From an uncultured delta proteobacterium (GTDB lineage: Bacteria; Myxococcota_A; Polyangia; Polyangiales; Polyangiaceae), in contig CAWKKR010000006.1 in NCBI GenBank assembly GCA_963850305.1, positions 96,001 to 160,000 of the forward strand: a stretch of 64,000 nt of DNA, given 5' to 3'. The notes below the pieces were generated by a model, which did not search any database, had not been told where the DNA came from, and was given only the letters and a program-made list of their open reading frames with translations. Position numbers and translations under genes: made by a program. Shown here one piece after another: positions 52,935 through 64,000 of this stretch. Numbering within the stretch: the first letter of the stretch is position 1; the number at the start of each line of letters is the position of its first letter.

Positions 52935-53300
52935 TCACCCTGGGCGAAGCAGCTTCCGGATCTTGCGCTGGAAGGTCTGCGTGCAGGTCCCGTGAGAACC
53001 TTCGTATTCGATGATCTCGCGAATGAACCGCGCCTGCGCGTCGGCGGTGTGGCCGCTGGCTCGCACGTCTGCTGCGAGTCGCGTGCCTTCCGCGGTCACC
53101 GGGACCTGAGGGGCGGCGACCACGATTGCCTTGTTGGTGGGCTTGTAGTGCGAGGCCTTCGTCTTCGTGACGTCTCGCATTCCGGAAGGTCCCGCCATCC
53201 TTCGCCCCGTTCCGGCGCAGCTCGGGCACCGTGTCGTCAAACCAAACGAATTGCTGACGCGCCCGTCGCCGCCGCAGACCCCGCACGTTTCAGCGGACAT
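52935..53300 (-). CDS. Small protein with DnaJ-type CxxCxGxG zinc-finger motifs
   Basis: CGVCGGDG, CPSCAGTG; no J-domain. Confidence 0.75.
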   Translation of the reverse strand: MSAETCGVCGGDGRVSNSFGLTTRCPSCAGTGRRMAGPSGMRDVTKTKASHYKPTNKAIVVAAPQVPVTAEGTRLAADVRASGHTADAQARFIREIIEYEGSHGTCTQTFQRKIRKLLRPG

Positions 53301-53422
53301 CGACCGACCCGAACCCCTCGCGGCGTGCTTTCGTCATTCGCATCAGTATAGCGCCGGATCAGCGGCGGATGGGTCCATGAAAGTGCTGGCCGCATCCGCG
53401 CTGTCGTGGGATCCGGTCGTTC

Positions 53423-54517
53423 ATGGCTTCGACGGGAAAACCCAGAGTCTGCTTCTTCACGGAGCGGCAGGTCGGCATCAACAGCGTCGCCACGGTCTTG
53501 CAGCGCTATGCCACCGCGCAATCCGACGTCGACGTCACCTGGTGTGACGTGACCTACCACCAGGAGAAAGGGCGGATCGAACGACTCCGCCTCCCGCGCC
53601 GGGTAAAGGGCGTGCTGCGTGGGTACCGGCAAACGGGCGACGGCCTGAGGCACGGGCCCTTCGACGCCCTGTTCTTTCTGACGCACAATCCGGCCGTCTT
53701 TCGGCACGCTGCTCTGCGGGAGACACCGACCTGCATCTGGACCGACGTGACGCCGCTGCAGCTCGATCAGCTCGCGGACGCGTACGAGCATCCCATCTCG
53801 GCCTCGGTTCCTCTTCGGATGCTCAAGCACGCGGCCGTGCGACGCACGTTTCAGCTTTCGCGACGCTGTCTCGGCTGGTCCGATTGGGCACGCCGGTCGT
53901 TCGTCGACGACTACGGCATCGCCGCGGAGAACACCGGCGTGGTCCCGCCGGGGATCGATCTGTCGATCTGGAACGCGCCTCCGAAAGATCCGGGCGAGAG
54001 CGGCCCCTTTCGCATCGTATTCGTCGGCGGCCACTTCGAACGGAAGGGCGGCAAGCTCCTCCTGGACGTGTTCCGCCGAACGCTCAGGGGACGGTGCGAA
54101 CTGTCCCTCGTGACCCGCGACCCGATTGCGGAGGAGCCGGGTGTGCGCGTCTACCGGGGACTCACCGCCGGCAGCGAGCCACTGCAGAACCTGCTCTATC
54201 GCGCGGATGCGTTCGTACTCCCGACGCTCGCGGACTGTCACTCGATCGCCTCACTCGAAGCGATGGCCTGCGGTCTCCCCGTGATCCTCACCCGGATCGG
54301 AGCTGGCGCGGACATAGTGGAGGATGGTGCTTCCGGGTTCCTGATTCCACCCTCCGACTCGAAGGCGCTGGCCGACTCCATTGCGGCTCTCGCTGCGGAT
54401 CCAGCACGTGCGAGAGCCATGGGTGCCCGCGGGCGGGCGCTCGCCCAGCAAAAGTTCGACGCGCGCGTCATGGCGCGCAACATCGTCGACCACCTCCGCG
54501 CCATAGCCGGCCGGTAA
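53423..54517 (+). CDS. GT4-family glycosyltransferase
   Basis: RKGG, ADAFVLPT, SLEAMACGLPVI. Confidence 0.9.
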   Translation: MASTGKPRVCFFTERQVGINSVATVLQRYATAQSDVDVTWCDVTYHQEKGRIERLRLPRRVKGVLRGYRQTGDGLRHGPFDALFFLTHNPAVFRHAALRETPTCIWTDVTPLQLDQLADAYEHPISASVPLRMLKHAAVRRTFQLSRRCLGWSDWARRSFVDDYGIAAENTGVVPPGIDLSIWNAPPKDPGESGPFRIVFVGGHFERKGGKLLLDVFRRTLRGRCELSLVTRDPIAEEPGVRVYRGLTAGSEPLQNLLYRADAFVLPTLADCHSIASLEAMACGLPVILTRIGAGADIVEDGASGFLIPPSDSKALADSIAALAADPARARAMGARGRALAQQKFDARVMARNIVDHLRAIAGR

Positions 54518-54526
54518 CGGCCGCTG

Positions 54527-54724
54527 CCCCCGCTTGCTCCAGCCGATTCACGGCGCCGAGCGCAGCGAGTACCGGGGGGAGCAGCTGCGAAGCAAGCTGC
54601 GGGGGGTGGGACACCCCCCAGGAACTGATCCCACGCCGTCCCTGCCGTCTCTGAAACCCGGGACACCCCCCAGAACCACTCCCACGTCGCGCACCGTCGT
54701 TTCTGGAACCCGCTTGCTCCAGCC
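54527..54724. repeat. Repeat subfamily B copy (95-bp core plus partial duplicated segments)
   Basis: Core 54527-54621 matches 57019-57113 with 3 mismatches by eye. Confidence 0.88.
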
Positions 54725-54733
54725 ACTTCTGGC

Positions 54734-56908
54734 TCAGAGCAGCGTCGTCACACACTCGTACCAGATCTGCTCGCCGCTCAAGCAAGGGAACGACTCCGGC
54801 TCGAGCGCCTTCAGATAGCAGTCGAGGATGTCTGCTGGCGCGGGCGTGCCGTCCGCACGAACGACGTCCACCGCGTTTCCATGGCCGTCGATGACGATGG
54901 CATAAGGAGCACCCGGACTATGGTAACAGTCAGGTACGCCGCACGCCATGAAGAGAGCCTGATCCAGCAGCTGGGTCTGCGCGTCCACGCAAGGGCCCTG
55001 AGTGACGTTCCCTGCGCCGCCGCTCGCCGGGATATCCCCCCCTGCGCCGCCGCTCTCACCGCCGCCGGCGCTCGCCCCGCCCGCAACGCTTCCCGTTGCG
55101 CCCGATACGCCGCCCGACGACGCGCCAGCGGCGCTCCCGCCGGTACCCGCGCCATCGCCCGAGGTCGTTTGGAGAACTCGGCCCCCGCAGCCTGTCGCCG
55201 CCAGAAGGACGAAGCTCGCGGCCATCGCCGAGGCGATCATGAGGTTCGGAGGGGCGTCTCGTTCCCTCGGCGTCGGTCCTTCCAGGCACGCTTGGACCTG
55301 GACGAGTCGGTCGCGCCACGCGCCGAGCTCACCGGCAAGGCCCGAAAGAACGCCGTTCATCGCCGTTTCGCGCGCGGCAGCGGGCATCTCCAGCTTCGAG
55401 AGCGCCAGCGCGAGCCCGTAGGCCTTCACGCGCGCGCGATTCATCGCGCCGAGCGATTCCTGGATCTCGTTGGCCAGATGCGGCCGATACACCGGCAGGC
55501 CGAGCCGTTTGGCCAGAGCGAGATTGATCGCGATGTCGTGCGCGAAGGTGTTCGTCGCGTAGCGCCCGAGGCCCTGCAACCTTATTCGAATGAGCGCCGC
55601 GCGGAACCGATTGATCACGGCGTCCTTCGGCTCGTAGCGCATCGCGAGCATGCCGCCGGTGACGCGGCCTTCGCGGTGGAGCGTGCGGTACGACTGGGTG
55701 CCGGGGTAGACGGCCATCGACAGCACGTCGAAGTGAATCGGCGGGAGCGTCGACAGCGCTTCGAGCTCGTCCTCGATTCCCTCCGGCGTCGCGTCCGGAT
55801 GCACGATGAGCGAGTTGAACGTCGTGACGATCCCACGCTCGGTTAGCCGCTTCAAGAGAGCGCGATTCTCGTCGACCCCGGCGCCGCGCCCGAGCGACCG
55901 CAGCTGCTTCGACGTGAGTCCCTCGATGCCGACCGACACGCGGATCACCCCGAGTTTCTCGAGGAGATCGAGGACGGGCGGCGTCAGGGTTTCCGGGTCC
56001 GCCTGGAGGCACCAGGCCGTCTTTCGAACGCCGCGCTGCTCCAGCGCTCCTATCAAGCCTTCCAGCCACGCGGTCGCGCGCGCCGTTCCGCCCGATAGAA
56101 GATTCTCGTCCACGACCTGAAAGAAGCGCGCGCCGCTCTCGTGGTAGAGTTCCGCGACCTCGTCCGCCAGGTCGACGTGGTGGCGGTATCTCGTCTTTCC
56201 CACGCCTGCTTCGGACAGGGCTTCGCGCGAGAGGCCAGCCTTTCGTCCTTCGTCGATCGCTCCGAGCTGCAGTGCGGCGGGCGCGCAATACGGACAGCGT
56301 CCGGGGCAACCACGCGACGCCGACAGGCGCGCGGTCGGGACCCCGATCAAGCGCGGCAACGGCTCGGCGTGCACAGGACGAATCTGCATGGGTGTGGGAT
56401 CGGAGACGGGCGACGGCGGACCGTCTCCGTTCCGCGTCGTGATTCCCGCGATGTCGAGCCAGGGGGCTCCCTCACTCAGCCGCTTCGCGAGCTCGGTCAC
56501 CGGCAGCTCGCCGTCGTGCCGGATCACCGAGTCGATACCGGGGTGGCGTGCGAGCAATTCACCCCGCACGAGCGTCGCAACCGGACCGCCGCACGTGATG
56601 TGCCCGACGTATCCCCGAGCCCGCAGGTACCGGACGAACGCGAGCGCGTCAATCGTCGAATCGGAGTCGGGCATCGACAAGCCGACGAGCTCCGTGCCTC
56701 GTTCGAAGATGCGGTCCGCTGCCGCCGCGAGCGAATCCGGGCCCGACAAGGGGACCACGAACGCGCGGTGACCCGCTCCTTCGAGCGCGGCCAGCAGATA
56801 GCGCAAGCTCAGATTCTCCGCGCCGCGTTCCTCGCGCCCGACGAGCGCCACCTTCGTCGAACCACCGCGCCGTTCGTCGACCCTGCGAATCCCGACCAAC
56901 CCACTCAT
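54734..56908 (-). CDS. B12-binding radical SAM protein with a fused C-terminal lipoprotein-like module
   Basis: ENLSLRYL and HITCGGPVAT B12 domain, SRGCPGRCPYC, VDEN, VGIE; then FVLLAATGC, a Gly linker and a 6-Cys domain. Confidence 0.85.
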   Translation of the reverse strand: MSGLVGIRRVDERRGGSTKVALVGREERGAENLSLRYLLAALEGAGHRAFVVPLSGPDSLAAAADRIFERGTELVGLSMPDSDSTIDALAFVRYLRARGYVGHITCGGPVATLVRGELLARHPGIDSVIRHDGELPVTELAKRLSEGAPWLDIAGITTRNGDGPPSPVSDPTPMQIRPVHAEPLPRLIGVPTARLSASRGCPGRCPYCAPAALQLGAIDEGRKAGLSREALSEAGVGKTRYRHHVDLADEVAELYHESGARFFQVVDENLLSGGTARATAWLEGLIGALEQRGVRKTAWCLQADPETLTPPVLDLLEKLGVIRVSVGIEGLTSKQLRSLGRGAGVDENRALLKRLTERGIVTTFNSLIVHPDATPEGIEDELEALSTLPPIHFDVLSMAVYPGTQSYRTLHREGRVTGGMLAMRYEPKDAVINRFRAALIRIRLQGLGRYATNTFAHDIAINLALAKRLGLPVYRPHLANEIQESLGAMNRARVKAYGLALALSKLEMPAAARETAMNGVLSGLAGELGAWRDRLVQVQACLEGPTPRERDAPPNLMIASAMAASFVLLAATGCGGRVLQTTSGDGAGTGGSAAGASSGGVSGATGSVAGGASAGGGESGGAGGDIPASGGAGNVTQGPCVDAQTQLLDQALFMACGVPDCYHSPGAPYAIVIDGHGNAVDVVRADGTPAPADILDCYLKALEPESFPCLSGEQIWYECVTTLL

Positions 56909-56992
56909 ACCCGCGAGAGTATTCGATCCCGGCGACTCACAGCCGAGCAACGACAAGTAACTCGCCGACGCGTCGCGTAAATAGGCTCATCA

Positions 56993-57139
56993 CTGCCGTC
57001 TCTGACCCCCGTCTCTGACCCCCGCTTGCTCCAGCCGATTCACAGCGCCGAGCGCAGCGAGTACCGGGGGGAGCAGTTGCGAAGCAAGCTGCGGGGGGTG
57101 AGACACCCCCCAGACCCAATCCCACGTCGCGCACCGTCG
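56993..57139. repeat. Repeat subfamily B copy
   Basis: Direct repeat of the 54527 copy; shared core gagcgcagcgagtaccggggggag. Confidence 0.88.
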
Positions 57140-57874
57140 TCAGTGGATGGCGGTCGCGGCGTCGCGCGCGCCTGCGTCGCCGTTCGGTGTCACCGAGCCG
57201 CCGGATTTCGAGCACACGCCCGTGCAGGTGGAGGCCGCGGGGCACGCGTCCGCCGTCCCGCCATTGCACTCGACGGGACATGCTGCCGACGGGCCGCACT
57301 CGACCATACAGCTCGCGCTCCCTTCGCACTTCGCGGTGCAGCCGCCGCTCGGGCATCGGATGGTGCAGTCGCTGTTCCCGGTGCACGACAGTGTCGACCC
57401 GGCGCCGAGCGTGATGGCGCACGCGCTGCCTCCCGCGCACGTGACGTCGCTGTTCGTGCCGGTGGCGAGCGTGCACTGGCTCGTGCCGGCGCAGCTCGAG
57501 GTGCAGTCCGCGGCACAGCTACCCGAGCACGTCGATTTTCCGTCGCACGTCGACGTACACCCCGTGCCGCACGTGAGGTTGCACTGCCCCTTCGCGTCGC
57601 AGTGGTATGCGACGCCGCTCGGCGGAGACCCCACCGCGACGAACGCGCCGTCCGCGCCGCGATCGCCTCCCGTGTTCGCGGGCTCGATACCGAACGTGCA
57701 CGTCCCGCCCGTCTTGCACGAGCACGCGCCCCCGCTGCACAGACAGTCGCCCGCGCAAGTGGCGGTTCCAGTGATCGGACCGTCGGACGAGGCGCACCCG
57801 GGAGTGAACGCGAAGAGGACCGCCGCGAGCGATGTCCCGGCGGCCGAGAGACCACGAAGAGGTCGAGAACGCAT
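57140..57874 (-). CDS. Cys-rich repeat lipoprotein
   Basis: Lipobox FTPGC; many CxGxxxC repeats. Confidence 0.8.
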   Translation of the reverse strand: MRSRPLRGLSAAGTSLAAVLFAFTPGCASSDGPITGTATCAGDCLCSGGACSCKTGGTCTFGIEPANTGGDRGADGAFVAVGSPPSGVAYHCDAKGQCNLTCGTGCTSTCDGKSTCSGSCAADCTSSCAGTSQCTLATGTNSDVTCAGGSACAITLGAGSTLSCTGNSDCTIRCPSGGCTAKCEGSASCMVECGPSAACPVECNGGTADACPAASTCTGVCSKSGGSVTPNGDAGARDAATAIH

Positions 57875-57937
57875 GCCCGTTCGAGGCACTTCGGCCGCGA
57901 AATTATGAGGGCGGGTGTTCGTGCGCGTGAATCACTT

Positions 57938-58025
<88 letters not shown>

Positions 58026-58091
58026 CCGGCGCGCGCCATCGCGGTCGGCTTCGGTCGCCATGCATGAGCTCACTCACGTACTGGCTCCGGG

Positions 58092-58178
58092 CGGAGAGAG
58101 TGGGATTCGAACCCACGGTACCCTTGCGGGTACGCCTGATTTCGAATCAGGTACCTTCGGCCGCTCGGTCATCTCTCC
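58092..58178 (-). tRNA. tRNA-Ser(CGA)
   Basis: GGAGAGA acceptor stem, anticodon loop TTCGAAA, long variable arm, GGTTCGAATCC. Confidence 0.95.
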
Positions 58179-58346
58179 GCGGCGGAATCTGGCAGCCATG
58201 ATCCGAGCTGTCAACGGTTTGGGAGCGTCTTTTCCGCGGTATTGGGAGTCGAGCTTTCCCCTGGGGCGGAAGTGGCTCTAGGCTCACGAGTCTAGGCTTT
58301 TCACGGAACGCCGGTGCTCGCCGTGGCGGCCGAAGAAGTCGCGGAA

Positions 58347-60440
<2,094 letters not shown>

Positions 60441-60527
60441 GGCCGAGCATACCCTGGACGCTTCGGGCCGTCGACCGGCGTCGCGAAAGACTCACGCATG
60501 TCCCAGGAGTGATAAAGATATCCTCGA

Positions 60528-61577
60528 GTGTCACGGGTTTCCGCTTCAACGCCACCGGAGTCGCGGCGCCGCGCTGGCGGTCACGGCGACCACGGGGTTC
60601 GGGAGCATCGCCACGGCGCCGGAGGTCCCGATCGAGACCATGACCACGCAGGTCACGCGCACGGCGTTCACGGCCACGGGTCCGATGCGCCGGGTCGCGC
60701 GCTTCGATGGGCGCTGGTGCTCACGACCGGATACATGTTCGTCGAGGCCGCCGCCGGAGCGTGGACGGGAGGCCTCGCGCTCCTCGCGGACGCAGGACAT
60801 ATGCTCGCGGACGCGGCGTCGCTCGGCCTCGCCCTGGTCGCGAGTGAATGGGCCAAGCGACCTCGCACGGCGACCACCACGTTCGGGCACCTCCGCGCGG
60901 AGGTTCTCGCCGCGTTCGTGAATGGCATTGCGCTCGCGGTGACCGCGCTGGCGATCATCGTCGAAGCCGTGGAGCGCTGGCAAGCGCCACGCGACATCCG
61001 GGCGCTCGAGATGCTCGTCGCGGCAACGGTGGGCCTGGGCGTCAACGTGCTCGTGGCCGTCATCCTCGCTCGCGCCGGCAAGGGCAACGTGAACGTCCGG
61101 GCCGCATTCGCGCACGTCGCAACCGACGCGCTGGGGTCCCTCGGGGCGATGAGTGCGGCCGTCGTGGTGCTCTTCTTCGGCTGGAAGCGCGCCGACGCCG
61201 GCGTGTCACTCGGCATAGCCCTGCTCGTCGCTTACAGCGGCTGGCGCGTGCTTCGCGAGACCACATCCATCTTGCTCGAGGCTGCGCCCAGCCACATCGA
61301 CGTCGCCGCAGTCGAGCGCGCCATTCTCGAATGTTCCGGCGTCGGCGGTGTCCACGATCTGCATGTCTGGCGGATCTCGGATCGATTCGACGCGTTGACC
61401 GTCCACGTGACCCTCACGCAGGGTGCGCACGGAGTGGAGGTTTGCCGTGACGTTGCGAAACGAATCGAAGATGGCTTCGGGCTCGAACACGTGACCGTAC
61501 AGCCCGAGGCGCCGCCACCGGAAGAGGTCGTGCCCCTCCGCTCCAGCCGGGACGGGCGGCCCCTAGTCGTGCCCTGA
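60528..61577 (+). CDS. Cation diffusion facilitator (CzcD/ZitB-like) with a His-rich N-terminus
   Basis: LLADAGHMLAD, HVATD, VHDLHVW, HVTVQPE. Confidence 0.92.
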   Translation: MSRVSASTPPESRRRAGGHGDHGVREHRHGAGGPDRDHDHAGHAHGVHGHGSDAPGRALRWALVLTTGYMFVEAAAGAWTGGLALLADAGHMLADAASLGLALVASEWAKRPRTATTTFGHLRAEVLAAFVNGIALAVTALAIIVEAVERWQAPRDIRALEMLVAATVGLGVNVLVAVILARAGKGNVNVRAAFAHVATDALGSLGAMSAAVVVLFFGWKRADAGVSLGIALLVAYSGWRVLRETTSILLEAAPSHIDVAAVERAILECSGVGGVHDLHVWRISDRFDALTVHVTLTQGAHGVEVCRDVAKRIEDGFGLEHVTVQPEAPPPEEVVPLRSSRDGRPLVVP

Positions 61578-61608
61578 TTCACGAGCCTTGTGATAGCCTG
61601 CGAGGCGC

Positions 61609-62007
61609 ATGACCACGACCCCCGAGGATCTGGAAACGTTCCTGCGGCGCCTCGATCGCGCCTTCGAGAAAGTCGATGCGTCGACGTATCTCGTGAGCCT
61701 CGGGCAGAACCTGCCTGCCGCGGTCCTCAAGCTCGCGCCGCCGGTCCTCGTCGTCCAGGTGGACGTGGCGGAAGCTCCCAGCGAAAACCCGTCCCTCGAG
61801 GCCAGGCTCTTTCGCCGACTCCTCGAATTGAACGCGACGGACCTCGTTTACGCGGCGTTCGGCATCGAAGGAAGTCGGATCATCATCGATGCGGCGATGG
61901 ACCTCGACGCGATGCGCCTGCACGATCTCGAGCGCCTGCTCTCGAACCTGGATCTCTCGCTCGCCGAGCACGTGCCACATCTGCGTGACCTGGTGAAGAA
62001 GGGCTGA
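61609..62007 (+). CDS. CesT/YbjN-like chaperone-fold protein
   Basis: LFRRLLELNA..LVYAAFGI; size and position upstream of pspA. Confidence 0.7.
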   Translation: MTTTPEDLETFLRRLDRAFEKVDASTYLVSLGQNLPAAVLKLAPPVLVVQVDVAEAPSENPSLEARLFRRLLELNATDLVYAAFGIEGSRIIIDAAMDLDAMRLHDLERLLSNLDLSLAEHVPHLRDLVKKG

Positions 62008-62015
62008 CGGAGACC

Positions 62016-62825
62016 ATGGGAATTTTCGCGCGGCTGGCCACCCTCATCAAGGCGAACATCAACGATCTGATCAGCAAGTCCGAAGACCCGGAGAAGATGC
62101 TGAACCAGATCGTCGTCGAGATGGGCAAGCAACTCGAGGAGGCAAAGAAGCAAGTCGCTGCGGCCATCGCCGATGACATGCGGCTGGCGAAGCAAGTGGA
62201 GGCCGAGACAGCGGCGGCTGCCGAGTGGGAACGGCGCGCGATGCTCGCGGTGCGGGCAGGGGACGACGCGCTCGCGAAGGAGGCTCTCGCGCGCCGCAAG
62301 GAGCACGCGGACACCGCGGAGCAATACCGTGCCCAGTCGCAGAAGCAGAAAGCGGGCGTCGACCAGTTGAAGCTTGCGCTTCGAGCCCTCAACAACAAGA
62401 TCGAGGAGGCGAAGCGCAAGAAGGGACTGCTCATCGCCCGCAAGAAGCGCGCTGAAGCACAGAAGGCGATCCAGGAGACCCTCGGTGGTATCAAGAGCGC
62501 GAGCGCGTTCGAGGCGTTCGACGAGATGTCGCAGCGCATCGAGCGGATGGAAGCGGAGGGCGAAGCGAGCGCCGAGCTTGCGAAGGAGTATTCAGGGGAC
62601 GTCGTCGCCCAGAAGTTCCAGAACCTCGAGAGCACCGCGGGAGCGGACGAAGATCTGCTCGCTCTGAAGCAGAAGATGGGTCTCGCGCCGCCGGCTGTCG
62701 CTCCGCAAGCGGTGCGCGTGGAAGCGCCCCCCGCCGGGGGCGACCAATCGGAGCAGGACGAACTCGCCAGAGCCCTCGCCGATCTGGAAGCCGGCGAACG
62801 CCGCGAGCTCACCGCGAAGCGCTGA
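62016..62825 (+). CDS. pspA: PspA/IM30 family protein
   Basis: MGIFARL...NINDLI..SEDPEKML, AGDDALAKEAL, AFEAFDEM. Confidence 0.92.
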   Translation: MGIFARLATLIKANINDLISKSEDPEKMLNQIVVEMGKQLEEAKKQVAAAIADDMRLAKQVEAETAAAAEWERRAMLAVRAGDDALAKEALARRKEHADTAEQYRAQSQKQKAGVDQLKLALRALNNKIEEAKRKKGLLIARKKRAEAQKAIQETLGGIKSASAFEAFDEMSQRIERMEAEGEASAELAKEYSGDVVAQKFQNLESTAGADEDLLALKQKMGLAPPAVAPQAVRVEAPPAGGDQSEQDELARALADLEAGERRELTAKR

Positions 62826-64000
62826 TGAGGCTGTCGGACCGTCGTCGGGCGCCGACTGCGCGGAGGGTCGCCATCTGCCTCGGAACGGTGCTGAGCCTCG
62901 GCGCGTCCGGCGCCCAGGCTCGCGGGCGTCCACTCGACGCCGTGATGCTCGGCACGGGGAGCGAGAAGGTCCGGATCGACGGCTTGCTTCGCGAGTGGCC
63001 GGCGAGGCTGGACGCTCTGGACGAGGCGCTTCGAGGCAGCTCGAGCGGCGACCCGAGCGCAACCGGCGCGATTGGCTACGACGACAGGAACCTCTACGTC
63101 GCGATGAAGATTCGCGATCGCAAGCTCGTAAGAACGCCCGAGTTCGGCGATGGCGAGGATTACGGGGACCTCGAGATCGCCTTCCCGACGCGACGGGGGT
63201 TCGTCGGTTATTCCGTGCGGCTCTACGCGGGGGAGATCGGTCGTAGCGCGGGCGCCGTGAAGATCGCCGGTAACGTCGTACGCGGCGCGCGCCTCGTCGA
63301 GGCACCCGCCGAGGGGGGGTACACGCTCGAGGTCTCGCTGCCGTGGAACACCTTTCCGGAATCGAACGCGATCCGCGTCGGTATACGTGCGGCCCTCCGC
63401 TACTACGACGCGGACTCACCAGGTCGAGTCCACGCGGTGATCGCGACCAGCGGCGGCACTGGTGCGGCGCTACCGCCGTTGCTGTTGGAGGCCGAGCAGG
63501 GACTCTACCGAAGTCTCGTCCGCAGGAAGAACCTGCCGGAGATGCCGACGCGTTTTGCGGTGGGTGACATCGCGGGTGATCGAACTCTCGAGGCCGTCGC
63601 CGTTTACGGAAACGCGCTGATCGTCGTCGGGTCTGCGTATCGCCGCGGCAAGGAGTATTTCTTTCAGGACCTGGGAGACGACGCGAGCGCGACTCGCCTC
63701 GACCTCGTGGACCTGACCGGTGAAGGCAAGGACGACATCGTGGTCGGCAAACGTATCGGCACGCGGGACCAGTACCGCGAAGTGCTGGAAGTGCTCCGCG
63801 TATCGAGCGGCGACACGCCCTACGTGGCATTTCAGCGCGAGATTGGCATCGTCACGAAGAAGGGCGAGATCGAGAACGACGTTTCCTTCAAGCGAAACGG
63901 GTCGAAGATCGATCTGGTTTTTTCGCAGGGCAAAGCGGTCGGATTCGATCCGGCGACGTATGACGAGCCGATGCCGGACGGGATGGACTCGGCGCTCCTG
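62825..64000 (+). CDS. Exported protein, CBM9-like domain plus FG-GAP-like repeats, 3'-truncated by the window edge
   Basis: ATG overlaps the pspA stop; hand translation gives a signal peptide, IDGLLREW, YDDRNLYVAM, DLTGEGKDDIV; absent from the ORF track, consistent with no stop in the window. Confidence 0.7.
   Translation, partial: MRLSDRRRAPTARRVAICLGTVLSLGASGAQARGRPLDAVMLGTGSEKVRIDGLLREWPARLDALDEALRGSSSGDPSATGAIGYDDRNLYVAMKIRDRKLVRTPEFGDGEDYGDLEIAFPTRRGFVGYSVRLYAGEIGRSAGAVKIAGNVVRGARLVEAPAEGGYTLEVSLPWNTFPESNAIRVGIRAALRYYDADSPGRVHAVIATSGGTGAALPPLLLEAEQGLYRSLVRRKNLPEMPTRFAVGDIAGDRTLEAVAVYGNALIVVGSAYRRGKEYFFQDLGDDASATRLDLVDLTGEGKDDIVVGKRIGTRDQYREVLEVLRVSSGDTPYVAFQREIGIVTKKGEIENDVSFKRNGSKIDLVFSQGKAVGFDPATYDEPMPDGMDSALL

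Overview
Very GC-rich bacterial DNA. Its gene content (Hanks-type Ser/Thr kinases, TPR/PEGA-like exported proteins, many Gly/Cys-rich lipoproteins, an FGE-sulfatase-domain lipoprotein) suggests Myxococcota, probably Polyangiales; this is inference. Housekeeping genes include a DEAD-box helicase, an rRNA methyltransferase, a 5'-3' exonuclease, guaB, pspA, a CDF transporter and two tRNA-Ser genes. The main observations are: (1) a family of about 135-bp palindromic GTAG/CTAC-bounded repeats, one amplified six-fold in tandem and one inserted in-frame (46 codons) in a sigma54-type regulator; (2) a kinase, aromatic-ended exported protein and Cys-rich lipoprotein locus built from duplicated, shuffled cassettes; (3) a B12 radical SAM enzyme fused to a lipoprotein-like module and flanked by 95-bp direct repeats; (4) a candidate inositol-phosphoceramide lipid cluster; (5) an orphan PglX-like methyltransferase; (6) an ATP-grasp-SET-SET fusion; (7) single-base frameshifts concentrated at GATC/GAATC, most likely sequencing artefacts at a methylated motif. 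All calls come from reading motifs by eye; no searches were run.
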